Source: Eledone cirrhosa
Lineage: Eukaryota
Length of the DNA stretch: 64,000 nucleotides
Assembly (NCBI GenBank): GCA_964016885.1
Contig: OZ024743.1
Coordinates: 133,114,001-133,178,000, forward strand
Direction of reading: 5' to 3'
Part shown: positions 26,501 to 42,300 of the stretch, in pieces
Position numbering within the stretch: position 1 is the stretch's first letter
Layout of the letters: each line of letters opens with the position of its first letter
The notes under the pieces: generated by a model
Database searches by the model: none
The model's input: only the letters and a program-made list of their open reading frames with translations
What the model was told of the DNA's origin: nothing
Position numbers and translations under genes: made by a program

Positions 26501-28837
26501 CACCAAGCACCAAACACCAAGCACCAAACACCAATCACTAAGCCCCAAGCACCAAACACCAAGCACCAAGCACCAAACACCAAACACCAAGCACCAAGCA
26601 CCAAGGACCAAGCACCAAACACCAAGCACCAAGCACCGAGCACCAAACACCAAGAACCAAGCACCAAGCACTAAACACCAAACACCAAGCACCAAGCACC
26701 AAACACCAAACACCAAGCACCAAGTACAAAACTCCAAACACCAAACACCAAGCACCAAGCACCAAATCCCAAGCACCAAACACCAAGCACCAATCACCAA
26801 ACACCAAACACCAAGCACCAAGCACCAAACTCCAAAAACCAAGCACCAAGCACCAAGCACCAAACACCAAACGCCAAACACCAAACACCAAGTACCAAGC
26901 ACCAAACACCAAGCACCAAGCGCCAAAGACCAAACACCAAGCACCAAGCACTAAACACCAAGCACCAAGCACCGAGCACCAAACACCAAGTACCAAGCAC
27001 CAATCACCAAACACCAAGCACCAAGCACCAAACACCAAACACCAAGCACCAAGCACCAAGCATCAAGTACCAAGCACCAAACACCAACCACCAAACACCA
27101 AACACCAAGCACCAAGCACAAGACACCAAGCACCAAGCACCAAGCACCAAGCACCAAAAACCAAGCACCAAGCTCCAAGCACCAAACACCAAGCACCAAA
27201 CACCAAACACCAAGCACCAAGCACCAAACACCAAGCACCAAGCGCCAAACACCAAACACCAAGCACCAAGCACCAAACACCAAGCACCAACCACCAAGCA
27301 CCAAACACCAAGCACCAGGCACCAAGCACCAAGCACCAAACACCAAGCACCAAGCACCAAACAGCAAACACCAAGCACCAAACACCAAACACCAAGCACC
27401 AAGCAACAAACACCAAACACCAAGCACCAAACACCAAGCACCAAGCCCCAAGCACGAAACACCAAGCACCAAGCACGAAACACCAAGCACCAAGCACCAA
27501 GCACCATGCACCAAACACCAAACAGCAAACACCAAACAGCAAACACCAAACAGCAAACACCAAACCGCAAACACCAAACAGCAAACGCCAAAAAGCAAAC
27601 GCCAAACTCCAAACGCCAAACAGCAAATGCCAAACCCAAACGCCAAACAGCAAACGCCAAGCACAAAACACCAAACACCAAGCGCCAAGCACCAAACACC
27701 AAACACCAAGCACCAAGCACCAAACACCAAACACCAAGCACCAAGTACCAAACACCAAACACCAATCACCAAACACCAAACACCAAGCGCCAAACACCAA
27801 ACACCAAACACCTATCACCAAGCACCAGGCACCAAACACCAAGCACCAAACACCAAGCACCAAGCACCAAGCACCAAGCACCAAACACCAATCACCAAGC
27901 CCCAAGCACCAAACACCAAGCACCCAGCACCAAACACCAAACACCAAGCACCAAGCACCCAGAACAAAGCACCAAGCACCAAACACCAAACACCAAGCTC
28001 CAAGCACCAAACACCAAACACCAAGCACCAAGCACCAAGCACCAAACACCAAATACCAAGCACCAATCACCAAACACCAAGCACCAAGCGCCAAACACCA
28101 AACACTAAACACCTAGCACCAAGCACCAAGCACCGAACAGCAAGCACCAAGCACCAAGCACCAAGCACCAAGCACCAAACACCAATCACCAAGCCCCAAG
28201 CACCAAACACCAAGCACCAAGCACCAAGCACCAAACACCAAACACCAAGCACCAAGCACCAAACACCAAACACCAAGCACCAAGCACCAAGCACCAAGCA
28301 CCAAACACCATACACCAAACAGCAAACGCCAAAAAGCAAACGCCAAACCCCATACGCCAAACAGCAAATGCCAAACCCCAAACGCCAAACAGCAAACGCC
28401 AAGCACCAAACACCAAACACCAAGCGCCAAGCACCAAACACCAAACACCAAGCACCAAGCACCAAACACCAAACACCAAGCACCAATCACCAAACACCAA
28501 GCACCAAGCGCCAAGCACCAGACACCAAGCACCAAGCACCAAACACCAAACACCAAGCACCAAGCACTAAACACCAAACACCAAGCACCAAGCACCAAGC
28601 ACCAAGCACCAAGCACCAAACACCAAGCACCAAACACCAAGCACCAAGCACCAAGCACCAAACACCAAGCACCAAGCACCAAACAGGAAACACCAAGCAC
28701 CAAACACCAAACACCAAGCACCAAGCACCAAACACCAAACACCAAACACCAAGCACCAAGCCCCAAGCACCAAACACCAAGCACCAAGCACCAAACACCA
28801 AGCACGAAGCACCAAGCACCATGCACCAAACACCAAG
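20568..28837. repeat. Tandem duplication of a ~4.15-kb unit (20568-24695 and 24717-28837)
   Basis: Identical ORF translations at offsets 4149 (21162/25311, 22176/26325) and 4142 (23364/27506, 24044/28186). Shared rare variants CACCACG and CACGAAACACGAAA. Confidence 0.9.
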
Positions 28838-31800
28838 CACCAAACAGCAAACACCAAACAGCAAACACCAAACACCAAACACCAACCAGCAAACACCAAA
28901 CACCAAACACCAAACAGCAAACACCAAACAGCAAACACCAAACAGCAAACACCAAACACCAAAGACCAAACAGCAAATGCCAAAAAGCAAACGCCAAACC
29001 CCAAACGCCAAACAGCAAACGCCAAGCGCCAAACGCCAAACACCAAGTGCCAAGCACCAAACACCAAACACCAAGCACCAAGCACCAAACACCAAACACC
29101 AAACAGCAAACGCCAAAAAGCAAACGCCAAACCCCATACGCCAAACAGCAAATGCCAAACCCCAAACGCCAAACAGCAAACGCCAAGCACCAAACACCAA
29201 ACACCAAGCGCCAAGCACCAAACACCAAACACCAAGCACCAAGCACCAAACACCAAACACCAAGCACCAATCACCAAACACCAAGCACCAAGCGCCAAGC
29301 ACCAAACACCAAACACCTAGCACCAAGCACCAAGCACCAAACACCAAGTACCAAACACCAATCACCAAGCCCCAAGCACCAAACACCAAGCGCCAAGCAC
29401 CAAACACCAAACACCAAGCACCAAGCACCCAGAACCAACCACCAAGCACCAAACACCAAGCACCAAGCACCGAGCACCAAACACCAAGAACCAAGCACCA
29501 AGCTCTAAACACCAAACACCAAGCACCAAGCACCAAACACCAAACACCAAACACCAAACACCAAACAGCAAATGCCAAAAAGCAAACGCCAAACCCCAAA
29601 CGCCAAACAGTAAATGCCAAACCCCAAACGCCAAACCACAAACGCCAAGCGCCAAACGCCAAACACCAAGCGCCAAGCACCAAACACCAAACACCAAGCA
29701 CCAAGCACCAAACACCAAACACCAAGCACCAAGTACCAAACACCAAACACCAAGCACCAAACACCAAACAGCAAACGCCAAAAAGCAAACGCCAAACCCC
29801 ATACGCCAAACAGCAAATGCCAAACCCCAAACGCCAAACAGCAAACGCCAAGCACCGAACACCAAACACCAAGAACCAAGCACCAAGCACTAAACACCAA
29901 ACACCAAGCACCAAGCACCAAACACCAAACACCAAGCACCAAGCACCGAGCACCAAACACCAAGAACCAAGCACCAAGCACGAAACACCAAACACCAAGC
30001 ACCAAGCACCAAACACCAAACACCAAGCACCAAACACCAAACAGCAAACGCCAAAAAGCAAACGCCAAACCCCATACGCCAAACAGCAAATGCCAAACTC
30101 CAAACGCCAAACAGCAAACGCCAGACACCAAACACCAAACACCAAGCGCCAAGCACCAAACACCAAACACCAAGCACCAAGCACCAAACACCAAACACCA
30201 AGCACCAATCACCAAACACCAAGCACCAAGCGCCAAGCACCAAACACCAAACACCTAGCACCAAGCACCAAGCACCAAACACCAAGCACCAAACACCAAT
30301 CACCAAGCCCCAAGCACCAAACACCAAGCACCAAGCACCAAACACCAAACACCAAGCACCAAGCACCAAGGACCAAGCACCAAACACCAAGCACCAAGCA
30401 CCGAGCACCAAACACCAAGAACCAAGCACCAAGCACTAAACACCAAACACCAAGCACCAAGCACCAAACACCAAACACCAAGCACCAAGTACAAAACTCC
30501 AAACACCAAACACCAAGCACCAAGCACCAAATCCCAAGCACCAAACACCAAGCACCAATCACCAAACACCAAACACCAAGCACCAAGCACCAAACTCCAA
30601 AAACCAAGCACCAAACACCAAGCACCAAACACCAAGCACCAAGCGCCAAAGACCAAACACCAAGCACCAAGCACGAAACACCAAGCACCAAGCACCGAGC
30701 ACCAAACACCAAGTACCTAGCACCAATCACCAAACACCAAGCACCAAGCACCAAACACCAAACACCAAACACCAAGCACCAAGCATCAAGCGCCAAGCAA
30801 CAAACACCAACCACCAAGCACCAAACACCAAACACAAAACAACAAGTACCAAGCACCAAACACCAAACACCAAACACCAAACACCAAGCACCAAGCACAA
30901 GACACCAAGCACCAAGCACCAAGCACCAAGCACCAAAAACCAAGCACCAACCTCCAAGCACCAAACACCAAGCACCAAACACCAAACACCAAGCACCAAG
31001 CACCAAACACCAAGCACCAAGCGCCAAACACCAATCACCAAGCACCAAGCACCAAACACCAAGCACCAACCACCAAGCACCAAACACCAAACACCAAACA
31101 CCAAACACCAAACACCAAGCACCAAGCACAAGACACCAAGCACCAAGCACCAAGCACCAAGCACCAAAAACCAAGCACCAAGCTCCAAGCACCAAACACC
31201 AAGCACCAAGCACCAAACACCAAGCACGAAGCACCAAGCACCAAACACCAAGTACCAAACACCAATCACCAAGCCCCAAGCACCAAACACCAAGCACCAA
31301 GCACCAAATACCAAACACCAAGCACCAAGCACCCAGAACCAAGCACCAAGCACCAAACACCAAGCACCAAGCACCGAGCACCAAACACCAAGAACCAAGC
31401 ACCAAGCACTAAACACCAAACACCAAGCACCAAGCACCAAACACCAAACACCAAGCACCAAACACCAAACAGCAAACGCCAAAAAGCAAACGCCAAACCC
31501 CATATGCCAAACAGCAAATGCCAAACTCCAAACGCCAAACAGCAAACGCCAGGCACCAAACACCAAACACCAAGCGCCAAGCACCAAACACCAAACACCA
31601 AGCACCAAGCACCAAACACCAAACACCAAGCACCAATCACCAAACACCAAGCACCAAGCGCCAAGCACCAAACACCAAACACCTAGCACCAAGCACCAAG
31701 CACCAAACACCAAGCACCAAACACCAATCACTAAGCCCCAAGCACCAAACACCAAGCACCAAGCACCAAACACCAAACACCAAGCACCAAGCACCAAGGA

Positions 31801-34800
31801 CCAAGCACCAAACACCAAGCACCAAGCACCGAGCACCAAACACCAAGAACCAAGCACCAAGCACTAAACACCAAACACCAAGCACCAAGCACCAAACACC
31901 AAACACCAAGCACCAAGTACAAAACTCCAAACACCAAACACCAAGCACCAAGCACCAAATCCCAAGCACCAAACACCAAGCACCAATCACCAAACACCAA
32001 ACACCAAGCACCAAGCACCAAACTCCAAAAACCAAGCACCAAGCACCAAGCACCAAACACCAAACGCCAAACACCAAACACCAAGTACCAAGCACCAAAC
32101 ACCAAGCACCAAGCGCCAAAGACCAAACACCAAGCACCAAGCACTAAACACCAAGCACCAAGCACCGAGCACCAAACACCAAGTACCAAGCACCAATCAC
32201 CAAACACCAAGCACCAAGCACCAAACACCAAACACCAAGCACCAAGCACCAAGCATCAAGTACCAAGCACCAAACACCAACCACCAAGCACCAAACACCA
32301 AACACAAAACAACAAGTACCAAGCACCAAACACCAAACACCAAACACCAAACACCAAGCACCAAGCACAAGACACCAAGCACCAAGCACCAAGCACCAAG
32401 CACCAAAAACCAAGCACCAAGCTCCAAGCACCAAACACCAAGCACCAAACACCAAACACCAAGCACCAAGCACCAAACACCAAGCACCAAGCGCCAAACA
32501 CCAAACACCAAGCACCAAGCACCAAACACCAAGCACCAACCACCAAGCACCAAACACCAAGCACCAGGCACCAAGCACCAAGCACCAAGCACCAAACACC
32601 AAGCACCAAGCACCAAACAGCAAACACCAAGCACCAAACACCAAACACCAAGCACCAAGCAACAAACACCAAACACCAAGCACCAAACACCAAGCACCAA
32701 GCCCCAAGCACGAAACACCAAGCACCAAGCACGAAACACCAAGCACCAAGCACCAAGCACCATGCACCAAACACCAAACAGCAAACACCAAACAGCAAAC
32801 ACCAAACAGCAAACACCAAACCGCAAACACCAAACAGCAAACGCCAAAAAGCAAACGCCAAACTCCAAACGCCAAACAGCAAATGCCAAACCCAAACGCC
32901 AAACAGCAAACGCCAAGCACAAAACACCAAACACCAAGCGCCAAACACCAAACACCAAACACCTATCACCAAGCACCAGGCACCAAACACCAAGCACCAA
33001 ACACCAAGCACCAAGCACCAAGCACCAAGCACCAAACACCAATCACCAAGCCCCAAGCACCAAACACCAAGCACCCAGCACCAAACACCAAACACCAAGC
33101 ACCAAGCACCCAGAACAAAGCACCAAGCACCAAACACCAAACACCAAGCTCCAAGCACCAAACACCAAACACCAAGCACCAAGCACCAAGCACCAAACAC
33201 CAAATACCAAGCACCAATCACCAAACACCAAGCACCAAGCGCCAAACACCAAACACTAAACACCTAGCACCAAGCACCAAGCACCGAACAGCAAGCACCA
33301 AGCACCAAGCACCAAGCACCAAGCACCAAACACCAATCACCAAGCCCCAAGCACCAAACACCAAGCACCAAGCACCAAGCACCAAACACCAAACACCAAG
33401 CACCAAGCACCAAACACCAAACACCAAGCACCAAGCACCAAGCACCAAGCACCAAACACCATACACCAAACAGCAAACGCCAAAAAGCAAACGCCAAACC
33501 CCATACGCCAAACAGCAAATGCCAAACCCCAAACGCCAAACAGCAAACGCCAAGCACCAAACACCAAACACCAAGCGCCAAGCACCAAACACCAAACACC
33601 AAGCACCAAGCACCAAACACCAAACACCAAGCACCAATCACCAAACACCAAGCACCAAGCGCCAAGCACCAGACACCAAGCACCAAGCACCAAACACCAA
33701 ACACCAAGCACCAAGCACTAAACACCAAACACCAAGCACCAAGCACCAAGCACCAAGCACCAAGCACCAAACACCAAGCACCAAACACCAAGCACCAAGC
33801 ACCAAGCACCAAACACCAAGCACCAAGCACCAAACAGCAAACACCAAGCACCAAACACCAAACACCAAGCACCAAGCACCAAACACCAAACACCAAACAC
33901 CAAGCACCAAGCCCCAAGCACCAAACACCAAGCACCAAGCACCAAACACCAAGCACGAAGCACCAAGCACCATGCACCAAACACCAAGCACCAAACAGCA
34001 AACACCAAACAGCAAACACCAAACACCAAACACCAACCAGCAAACACCAAACACCAAACACCAAACAGCAAACACCAAACAGCAAACACCAAACAGCAAA
34101 CACCAAACACCAAAGACCAAACAGCAAATGCCAAAAAGCAAACGCCAAACCCCAAACGCCAAACAGCAAACGCCAAGCGCCAAACGCCAAACACCAAGTG
34201 CCAAGCACCAAACACCAAACACCAAGCACCAAGCACCAAGCACCAAACACCAAACAGCAAACGCCAAAAAGCAAACGCCAAACCCCATACGCCAAACAGC
34301 AAATGCCAAACCCCAAACGCCAAACAGCAAACGCCAAGCACCAAACACCAAACACCAAGCGCCAAGCACCAAACACCAAACACCAAGCACCAAGCACCAA
34401 ACACCAAACACCAAGCACCAATCACCAAACACCAAGCACCAAGCGCCAAGCACCAAACACCAAACACCTAGCACCAAGCACCAAGCACCAAACACCAAGT
34501 ACCAAACACCAATCACCAAGCCCCAAGCACCAAACACCAAGCGCCAAGCACCAAACACCAAACACCAAGCACCAAGCACCCAGAACCAACCACCAAGCAC
34601 CAAACACCAAGCACCAAGCACCGAGCACCAAACACCAAGAACCAAGCACCAAGCTCTAAACACCAAACACCAAGCACCAAGCACCAAACACCAAACACCA
34701 AACACCAAACACCAAACAGCAAATGCCAAAAAGCAAACGCCAAACCCCAAACGCCAAACAGTAAATGCCAAACCCCAAACGCCAAACCACAAACGCCAAG

Positions 34801-36355
34801 CGCCAAACGCCAAACACCAAGCGCCAAGCACCAAACACCAAACACCAAGCACCAAGCACCAAACACCAAACACCAAGCACCAAGTACCAAACACCAAACA
34901 CCAAGCACCAAACACCAAACAGCAAACGCCAAAAAGCAAACGCCAAACCCCATACGCCAAACAGCAAATGCCAAACCCCAAACGCCAAACAGCAAACGCC
35001 AAGCACCGAACACCAAACACCAAGAACCAAGCACCAAGCACTAAACACCAAACACCAAGCACCAAGCACCAAACACCAAACACCAAGCACCAAGCACCGA
35101 GCACCAAACACCAAGAACCAAGCACCAAGCACGAAACACCAAACACCAAGCACCAAGCACCAAACACCAAACACCAAGCACCAAACACCAAACAGCAAAC
35201 GCCAAAAAGCAAACGCCAAACCCCATACGCCAAACAGCAAATGCCAAACTCCAAACGCCAAACAGCAAACGCCAGACACCAAACACCAAACACCAAGCGC
35301 CAAGCACCAAACACCAAACACCAAGCACCAAGCACCAAACACCAAACACCAAGCACCAATCACCAAACACCAAGCACCAAGCGCCAAGCACCAAACACCA
35401 AACACCTAGCACCAAGCACCAAGCACCAAACACCAAGCACCAAACACCAATCACCAAGCCCCAAGCACCAAACACCAAGCACCAAGCACCAAACACCAAA
35501 CACCAAGCACCAAGCACCAAGGACCAAGCACCAAACACCAAGCACCAAGCACCGAGCACCAAACACCAAGAACCAAGCACCAAGCACTAAACACCAAACA
35601 CCAAGCACCAAGCACCAAACACCAAACACCAAGCACCAAGTACAAAACTCCAAACACCAAACACCAAGCACCAAGCACCAAATCCCAAGCACCAAACACC
35701 AAGCACCAATCACCAAACACCAAACACCAAGCACCAAGCACCAAACTCCAAAAACCAAGCACCAAACACCAAGCACCAAACACCAAGCACCAAGCGCCAA
35801 AGACCAAACACCAAGCACCAAGCACGAAACACCAAGCACCAAGCACCGAGCACCAAACACCAAGTACCAAGCACCAATCACCAAACACCAAGCACCAAGC
35901 ACCAAACACCAAACACCAAACACCAAGCACCAAGCATCAAGCACCAAGCACCAAACACCAACCACCAAGCACCAAACACCAAACACAAAACAACAAGTAC
36001 CAAGCACCAAACACCAAACACCAAACACCAAACACCAAGCACCAAGCACAAGACACCAAGCACCAAGCACCAAGCACCAAGCACCAAAAACCAAGCACCA
36101 ACCTCCAAGCACCAAACACCAAGCACCAAACACCAAACACCAAGCACCAAGCACCAAACACCAAGCACCAAGCGCCAAACACCAATCACCAAGCACCAAG
36201 CACCAAACACCAAGCACCAACCACCAAGCACCAAACACCAAACACCAAACACCAAACACCAAACACCAAGCACCAAGCACAAGACACCAAGCACCAAGCA
36301 CCAAGCACCAAGCACCAAAAACCAAGCACCAAGCTCCAAGCACCAAACACCAAGC
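26010..36355. repeat. Tandem duplication of a ~5.15-5.19-kb unit (26010-31200 and 31203-36355)
   Basis: Offsets 5193 (26325/31518) and 5151 (27815/32966, 29047/34198, 30209/35360). Private variants CCACAAA (~29636/34787) and CGCCAGA (~30119/35270). Confidence 0.9.
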
Positions 36356-39300
36356 ACCAAACACCAAACACCAAGCACCAAGCACCAAACACCAAGCACC
36401 AAGCGCCAAACACCAAACACCAAGCACCAAGCACCAAACACCAAGCACCAACCACCAAGCACCAAACACCAAGCACCAAGCACCAAGCACCAAGCACCAA
36501 GCACCAAACACCAAGCACCAAGCACCAAACAGCAAACACCAAGCACCAAACACCAAACACCAAGCACCAAGCAACAAACACCAAACACCAAGCACCAAAC
36601 ACCAAGCACCAAGCCCCAAGCACGAAACACCAAGCACCAAGCACGAAACACCAAGCACCAAGCACCAAGCACCATGCACCAAACACCAAGCACCAAGCAC
36701 CAAACAGCAAACACCAAACAGCAAACACCAAACAGCAAACACCAAACAGCAAACACCAAACAGCAAACACCAAACAGCAAACGCCAAAAAGCAAACGCCA
36801 AACTCCAAACGCCAAACAGCAAATGCCAAACCCAAACGCCAAACAGCAAACGCCAAGCACAAAACACCAAACACCAAGCGCCAAGCACCAAACACCAAAC
36901 ACCAAGCACCAAGCACCAAACACCAAACACCAAGCACCAAGTACCAAACACCAAACACCAAGCACCAAACACCAAACAGCAAACGCAAAAAAGCAGACGC
37001 CAAACCCCATACGCCAAACAGCAAATGCCAAATCCCAAATGCCAAACGGCAAACGCCAAGCACCAAACACCAAACGCCAAGCGCCAAGCACCAAACACCA
37101 AACACCAAGCACCAAGCACCAAACACCAAACACCAAGCACCAATCACCAAACACCAAACACCAAGCGCCAAACACCAAACACCAAACACCTATCACCAAG
37201 CACCAAGCACCAAACACCAAGCACCAAACACCAAGCACCAAGCACCAAGCACCAAGCACCAAACACCAATCACCAAGCCCCAAGCACCAAACACCAAGCA
37301 CCCAGCACCAAACACCAAACACCAAGCACCAAGCACCCAGAACAAGGCACCAAGCACCAAACACCAAACACCAAGCTCCAAGCACCAAACACCAAACACC
37401 AAGCACCAAGCACCAAGCACCAAACACCAAACACCAAGCACCAATCACCAAGCACCAAACACCAAGCACCAAACACCAAACACCAAACACCAAGCACCAA
37501 GCACCAAACACCAAACACCAAGCACCAAGCACCAAGCACCAAGCACCAAACACCATACACCAAACAGCAAACGCCAAAAAGCAAACGCCAAACCCCATAC
37601 GCCAAACAGCAAATGCCAAACACCAAACGCCAAACAGCAAACGCCAAGCACCAAACACCAAACACCAAGCGCCAAGCACCAAACACCAAACACCAAGCAC
37701 CAAGCACCAAACACCAAACACCAAGCACCAATCACCAAACACCAAGCACCAAGCGCCAAGCACCAGACACCAAGCACCAAGCACCAAACACCAAACACCA
37801 AGCACCAAGCACTAAACACCAAACACCAAGCACCAAGCACCAAGCACCAAGCACCAAGCACCAAACACCAAGCACCAAGCACCAAGCAGCAAGCACCAAG
37901 CACCAAACACCAAGCACCAAACACCAAACACCAAGCACCAAGCACCAAACACCAAACACCAAACACCAAGAACCAAGCCCCAAGCACCAAACACCAAGCA
38001 CCAAGCACCAAACACCAAGCACGAAGCACCAAGCACCATGCACCAAACACCAAGCACCAAGCACCAAACAGCAAACACCAAACAGCAAACACCAAACACC
38101 AAACACCAACCAGTAAACACCAAACACCAAACACCAAACAGCAAACACCAAACAGCAAACACCAAACAGCAAACACCAAACACCAAACACCAAACAGCAA
38201 ACGCCAAAAAGCAAACGCCAAACCCCATACGCCAAACAGCAAATGCCAAACCCCAAACGCCAAACAGCAAACGCCAAGCACCGAACACCAAACACCAAGC
38301 GCCAAGCACCAAACACCAAACACCAAGCACCAAGCACCAAACACCAAACACCAAGCACCAATCACCAAACACCAAGCACCAAGCGCCAAGCACCAAACAC
38401 CAAACACCTAGCACCAAGCACCAAGCACCAAACACCAAGTACCAAACACCAATCACCAAGCCCCAAGCACCAAACACCAAGCACCAAGCACCAAACACCA
38501 AACACCAAGCACCAAGCACCCAGAACCAAGCACCAAGCACCAAACACCAAGCACCAAGCACCGAGCACCAAACACCAAGAACCAAGCACCAAGCACTAAA
38601 CACCAAACACCAAGCACCAAGCACCAAACACCATACACCAAGCACCAAACACCAAACAGCAAACGCCAAAAAGCAAACGCCAAACCCCATATGCCAAACA
38701 GCAAATGCCAAACTCCAAACGCCAAACAGCAAACGCCAGGCACCAAACACAAAACACCAAGAGCCAAGCACCAAACACCAAACACCAAGCACCAAGCACC
38801 AAACACCAAACACCAAGCACCAATCACCAAACACCAAGCACCAAGCGCCAAGCACCAAACACCAAACACCTAGCACCAAGCACCAAGCACCAAACACCAA
38901 GCACCAAACACCAATCACCAAGCCCCAAGCACCAAACACCAAGCACCAAGCACCAAACACCAAACACCAAGCACCAAGCACCAAGGACCAAGCACCAAAC
39001 ACCAAGCACCAAGCACCGAGCACCAAACACCAAGAACCAAGCACCAAGCACTAAACACCAAACACCAAGCACCAAGCACCAAACACCAAACACCAAGCAC
39101 CAAGTACAAAACTCCAAACACCAAACACCAAGCACCAAGCACCAAATCCCAAGCACCAAACACCAAGCACCAATCACCAAACACCAAACACCAAGCACCA
39201 AGCACCAAACTCCAAAAACCAAGCACCAAGCACCAAGCACCAAACACCAAACGCCAAACACCAAACACCAAGTACCAAGCACCAAACACCAAGCACCAAG

Positions 39301-42300
39301 CGCCAAAGACCAAACACCAAGCACCAAGCACGAAACACCAAGCACCAAGCACCGAGCACCAAACACCAAGTACCAAGCACCAATCACCAAACACCAAGCA
39401 CCAATCACCAAACACCAAACACCAAGCACCAAGCACCAAGCATCAAGCACCAAGCACCAAACACCAACCACCAAGCACCAAACACCAAACACAAAACAAC
39501 AAGTACCAAGCACCAAACACCAAACACCAAACACCAAACACCAAGCACAAGACACCAAGCACCAAGCACCAAGCACCAAGCACCAAAAACCAAGCACCAA
39601 GCTCCAAGCACCAAACACCAAGCACCAAACACCAAACACCAAGCACCAAGCACCAAACACCAAGCACCAAGCACCAAGCACCAAGCACCAAACACCAAGC
39701 ACCAAGCACCAAACAGCAAACACCAAGCACCAAACACCAAACACCAAGCACCAAGCACCAAACACCAAACACCAAACACCAAGCACCAAGCCCCAAGCAC
39801 CAAACACCAAGCACCAACCACCAAACACCAAGCACGAAGCACCAAGCACCATGCACCAAACACCAAGCACCAAGCACCAAACAGCAAACACCAAACAGCA
39901 AACACCAAACACCAAACACCAACCAGCAAACACCAAACACCAAACACCAAACAGCAAACACCAAACAGCAAACACCAAACAGCAAACACCAAACACCAAA
40001 CACCAAACAGCAAACGCCAAAAAGCAAACGCCAAACCCCATACGCCAAACAGCAAATGCCAAACCCCAAACGCCAAACAGCAAACGCCAAGCACCGAACA
40101 CCAAACACCAAGCGCCAAGCACCAAACACCAAACACCAAGCACCAAGCACCAAACACCAAACACCAAGCACCAATCACCAAACACCAAGCACCAAGCGCC
40201 AAGCACCAAACACCAAACACCTAGCACCAAGCACCAAGCACCAAACACCAAGAACCAAACACCAATCACCAAGCCCCAAGCACCAAACACCAAGCACCAA
40301 GCACCAAACACCAAACACCAAGCACCAAGCACCCAGAACCAAGCACCAAGCACCAAACACCAAGCACCAAGCACCGAGCACCAAACACCAAGAACCAAGC
40401 ACCAAGCACTAAACACCAAACACCAAGCACCAAGCACCAAACACCATACACCAAGCACCAAACACCAAACAGCAAACCCCAAAAAGCAAACGCCAAACCC
40501 CATATGCCAAACAGCAAATGCCAAACTCCAAACGCCAAACAGCAAACGCCAGGCACCAAACACCAAACACCAAGCGCCAAGCACCAAACACCAAACACCA
40601 AGCACCAAGCACCAAACACCAAACACCAAGCACCAATCACCAAACACCAAGCACCAAGCGCCAAGCACCAAACACCAAACACCTAGCACCAAGCACCAAG
40701 CACCAAACACCAAGCACCAAACACCAATCACCAAGCCCCAAGCACCAAACACCAAGCACCAAGCACCAAACACCAAACACCAAGCACCAAGCACCAAGGA
40801 CCAAGCACCAAACACCAAGCACCAAGCACCGAGCACCAAACACCAAGAACCAAGTACCAAGCACTAAACACCAAACACCAAGCACCAAGCACCAAACACC
40901 AAACACCAAGCACCAAGTACAAAACTCCAAACACCAAACACCAAGCACCAAGCACCAAATCCCAAGCACCAAACACCAAGCACCAATCACCAAACACCAA
41001 ACACCAAGCACCAAGCACCAAACTCCAAAAACCAAGCACCAAGCACCAAGCACCAAACACCAAACGCCAAACACCAAACACCAAGTACCAAGCACCAAAC
41101 ACCAAGCACCAAGCGCCAAAGACCAAACACCAAGCACCAAGCACGAAACACCAAGCACCAAGCACCGAGCACCAAACACCAAGTACCAAGCACCAATCAC
41201 CAAACACCAAGCACCAAGCACCAAACACCAAACACCAAGCACCAAGCACCAAGCATCAAGCACCAAGCACCAAACACCAACCACCAAGCACCAAACACCA
41301 AACACAAAACAACAAGTACCAAGCACCAAACACCAAACACCAAACACCAAACACCAAGCACCAAGCACAAGACACCAAGCACCAAGCACCAAGCACCAAA
41401 AACCAAGCACCAAGCTCCAAGCACCAAACACCAAGCACCAAACACCAAACACCAAGCACCAAGCACCAAACACCAAGCACCAAGCGCCAAACACCAAACA
41501 CCAAGCACCAAGCACCAAACACCAAGCACCAACCACCAAGCACCAAGCACCAAACACCAAACACCAAGCACCAAGTACAAAACTCCAAACACCAAACACC
41601 AAGCACCAAGCACCAAATCCCAAGCACCAAACACCAAGCACCAATCACCAAACACCAAACACCAAGCACCAAGCACCAAACTCCAAAAACCAAGCACCAA
41701 GCACCAAGCACCAAACACCAAACGCCAAACACCAAACACCAAGTACCAAGCACCAAACACCAAGCACCAAGCGCCAAAGACCAAACACCAAGCACCAAGC
41801 ACGAAACACCAAGCACCAAGCACCGAGCACCAAACACCAAGTACCAAGCACCAATCACCAAGCACCAAACACCAAACACAAAACAACAAGTACCAAGCAC
41901 CAAGCACCAAACACCAAACACCAAGCACCAAGCACCAAGCATCAAGCACCAAGCACCAAACACCAACCACCAAGCACCAAACACCAAACACAAAACAACA
42001 AGTACCAAGCACCAAACACCAAACACCAAACACCAAACACCAAGCACCAAGCACAAGACACCAAGCACCAAGCACCAAGCACCAAGCACCAAAAACCAAG
42101 CACCAAGCTCCAAGCACCAAACACCAAGCACCAAACACCAAACACCAAGCACCAAGCACCAAACACCAAGCACCAAGCGCCAAACACCAAACACCAAGCA
42201 CCAAGCACCAAACACCAAGCACCAACCACCAAGCACCAAACACCAAGCACCAAGCACCAAGCACCAAGCACCAAGCACCAAACACCAAGCACCAAGCACC

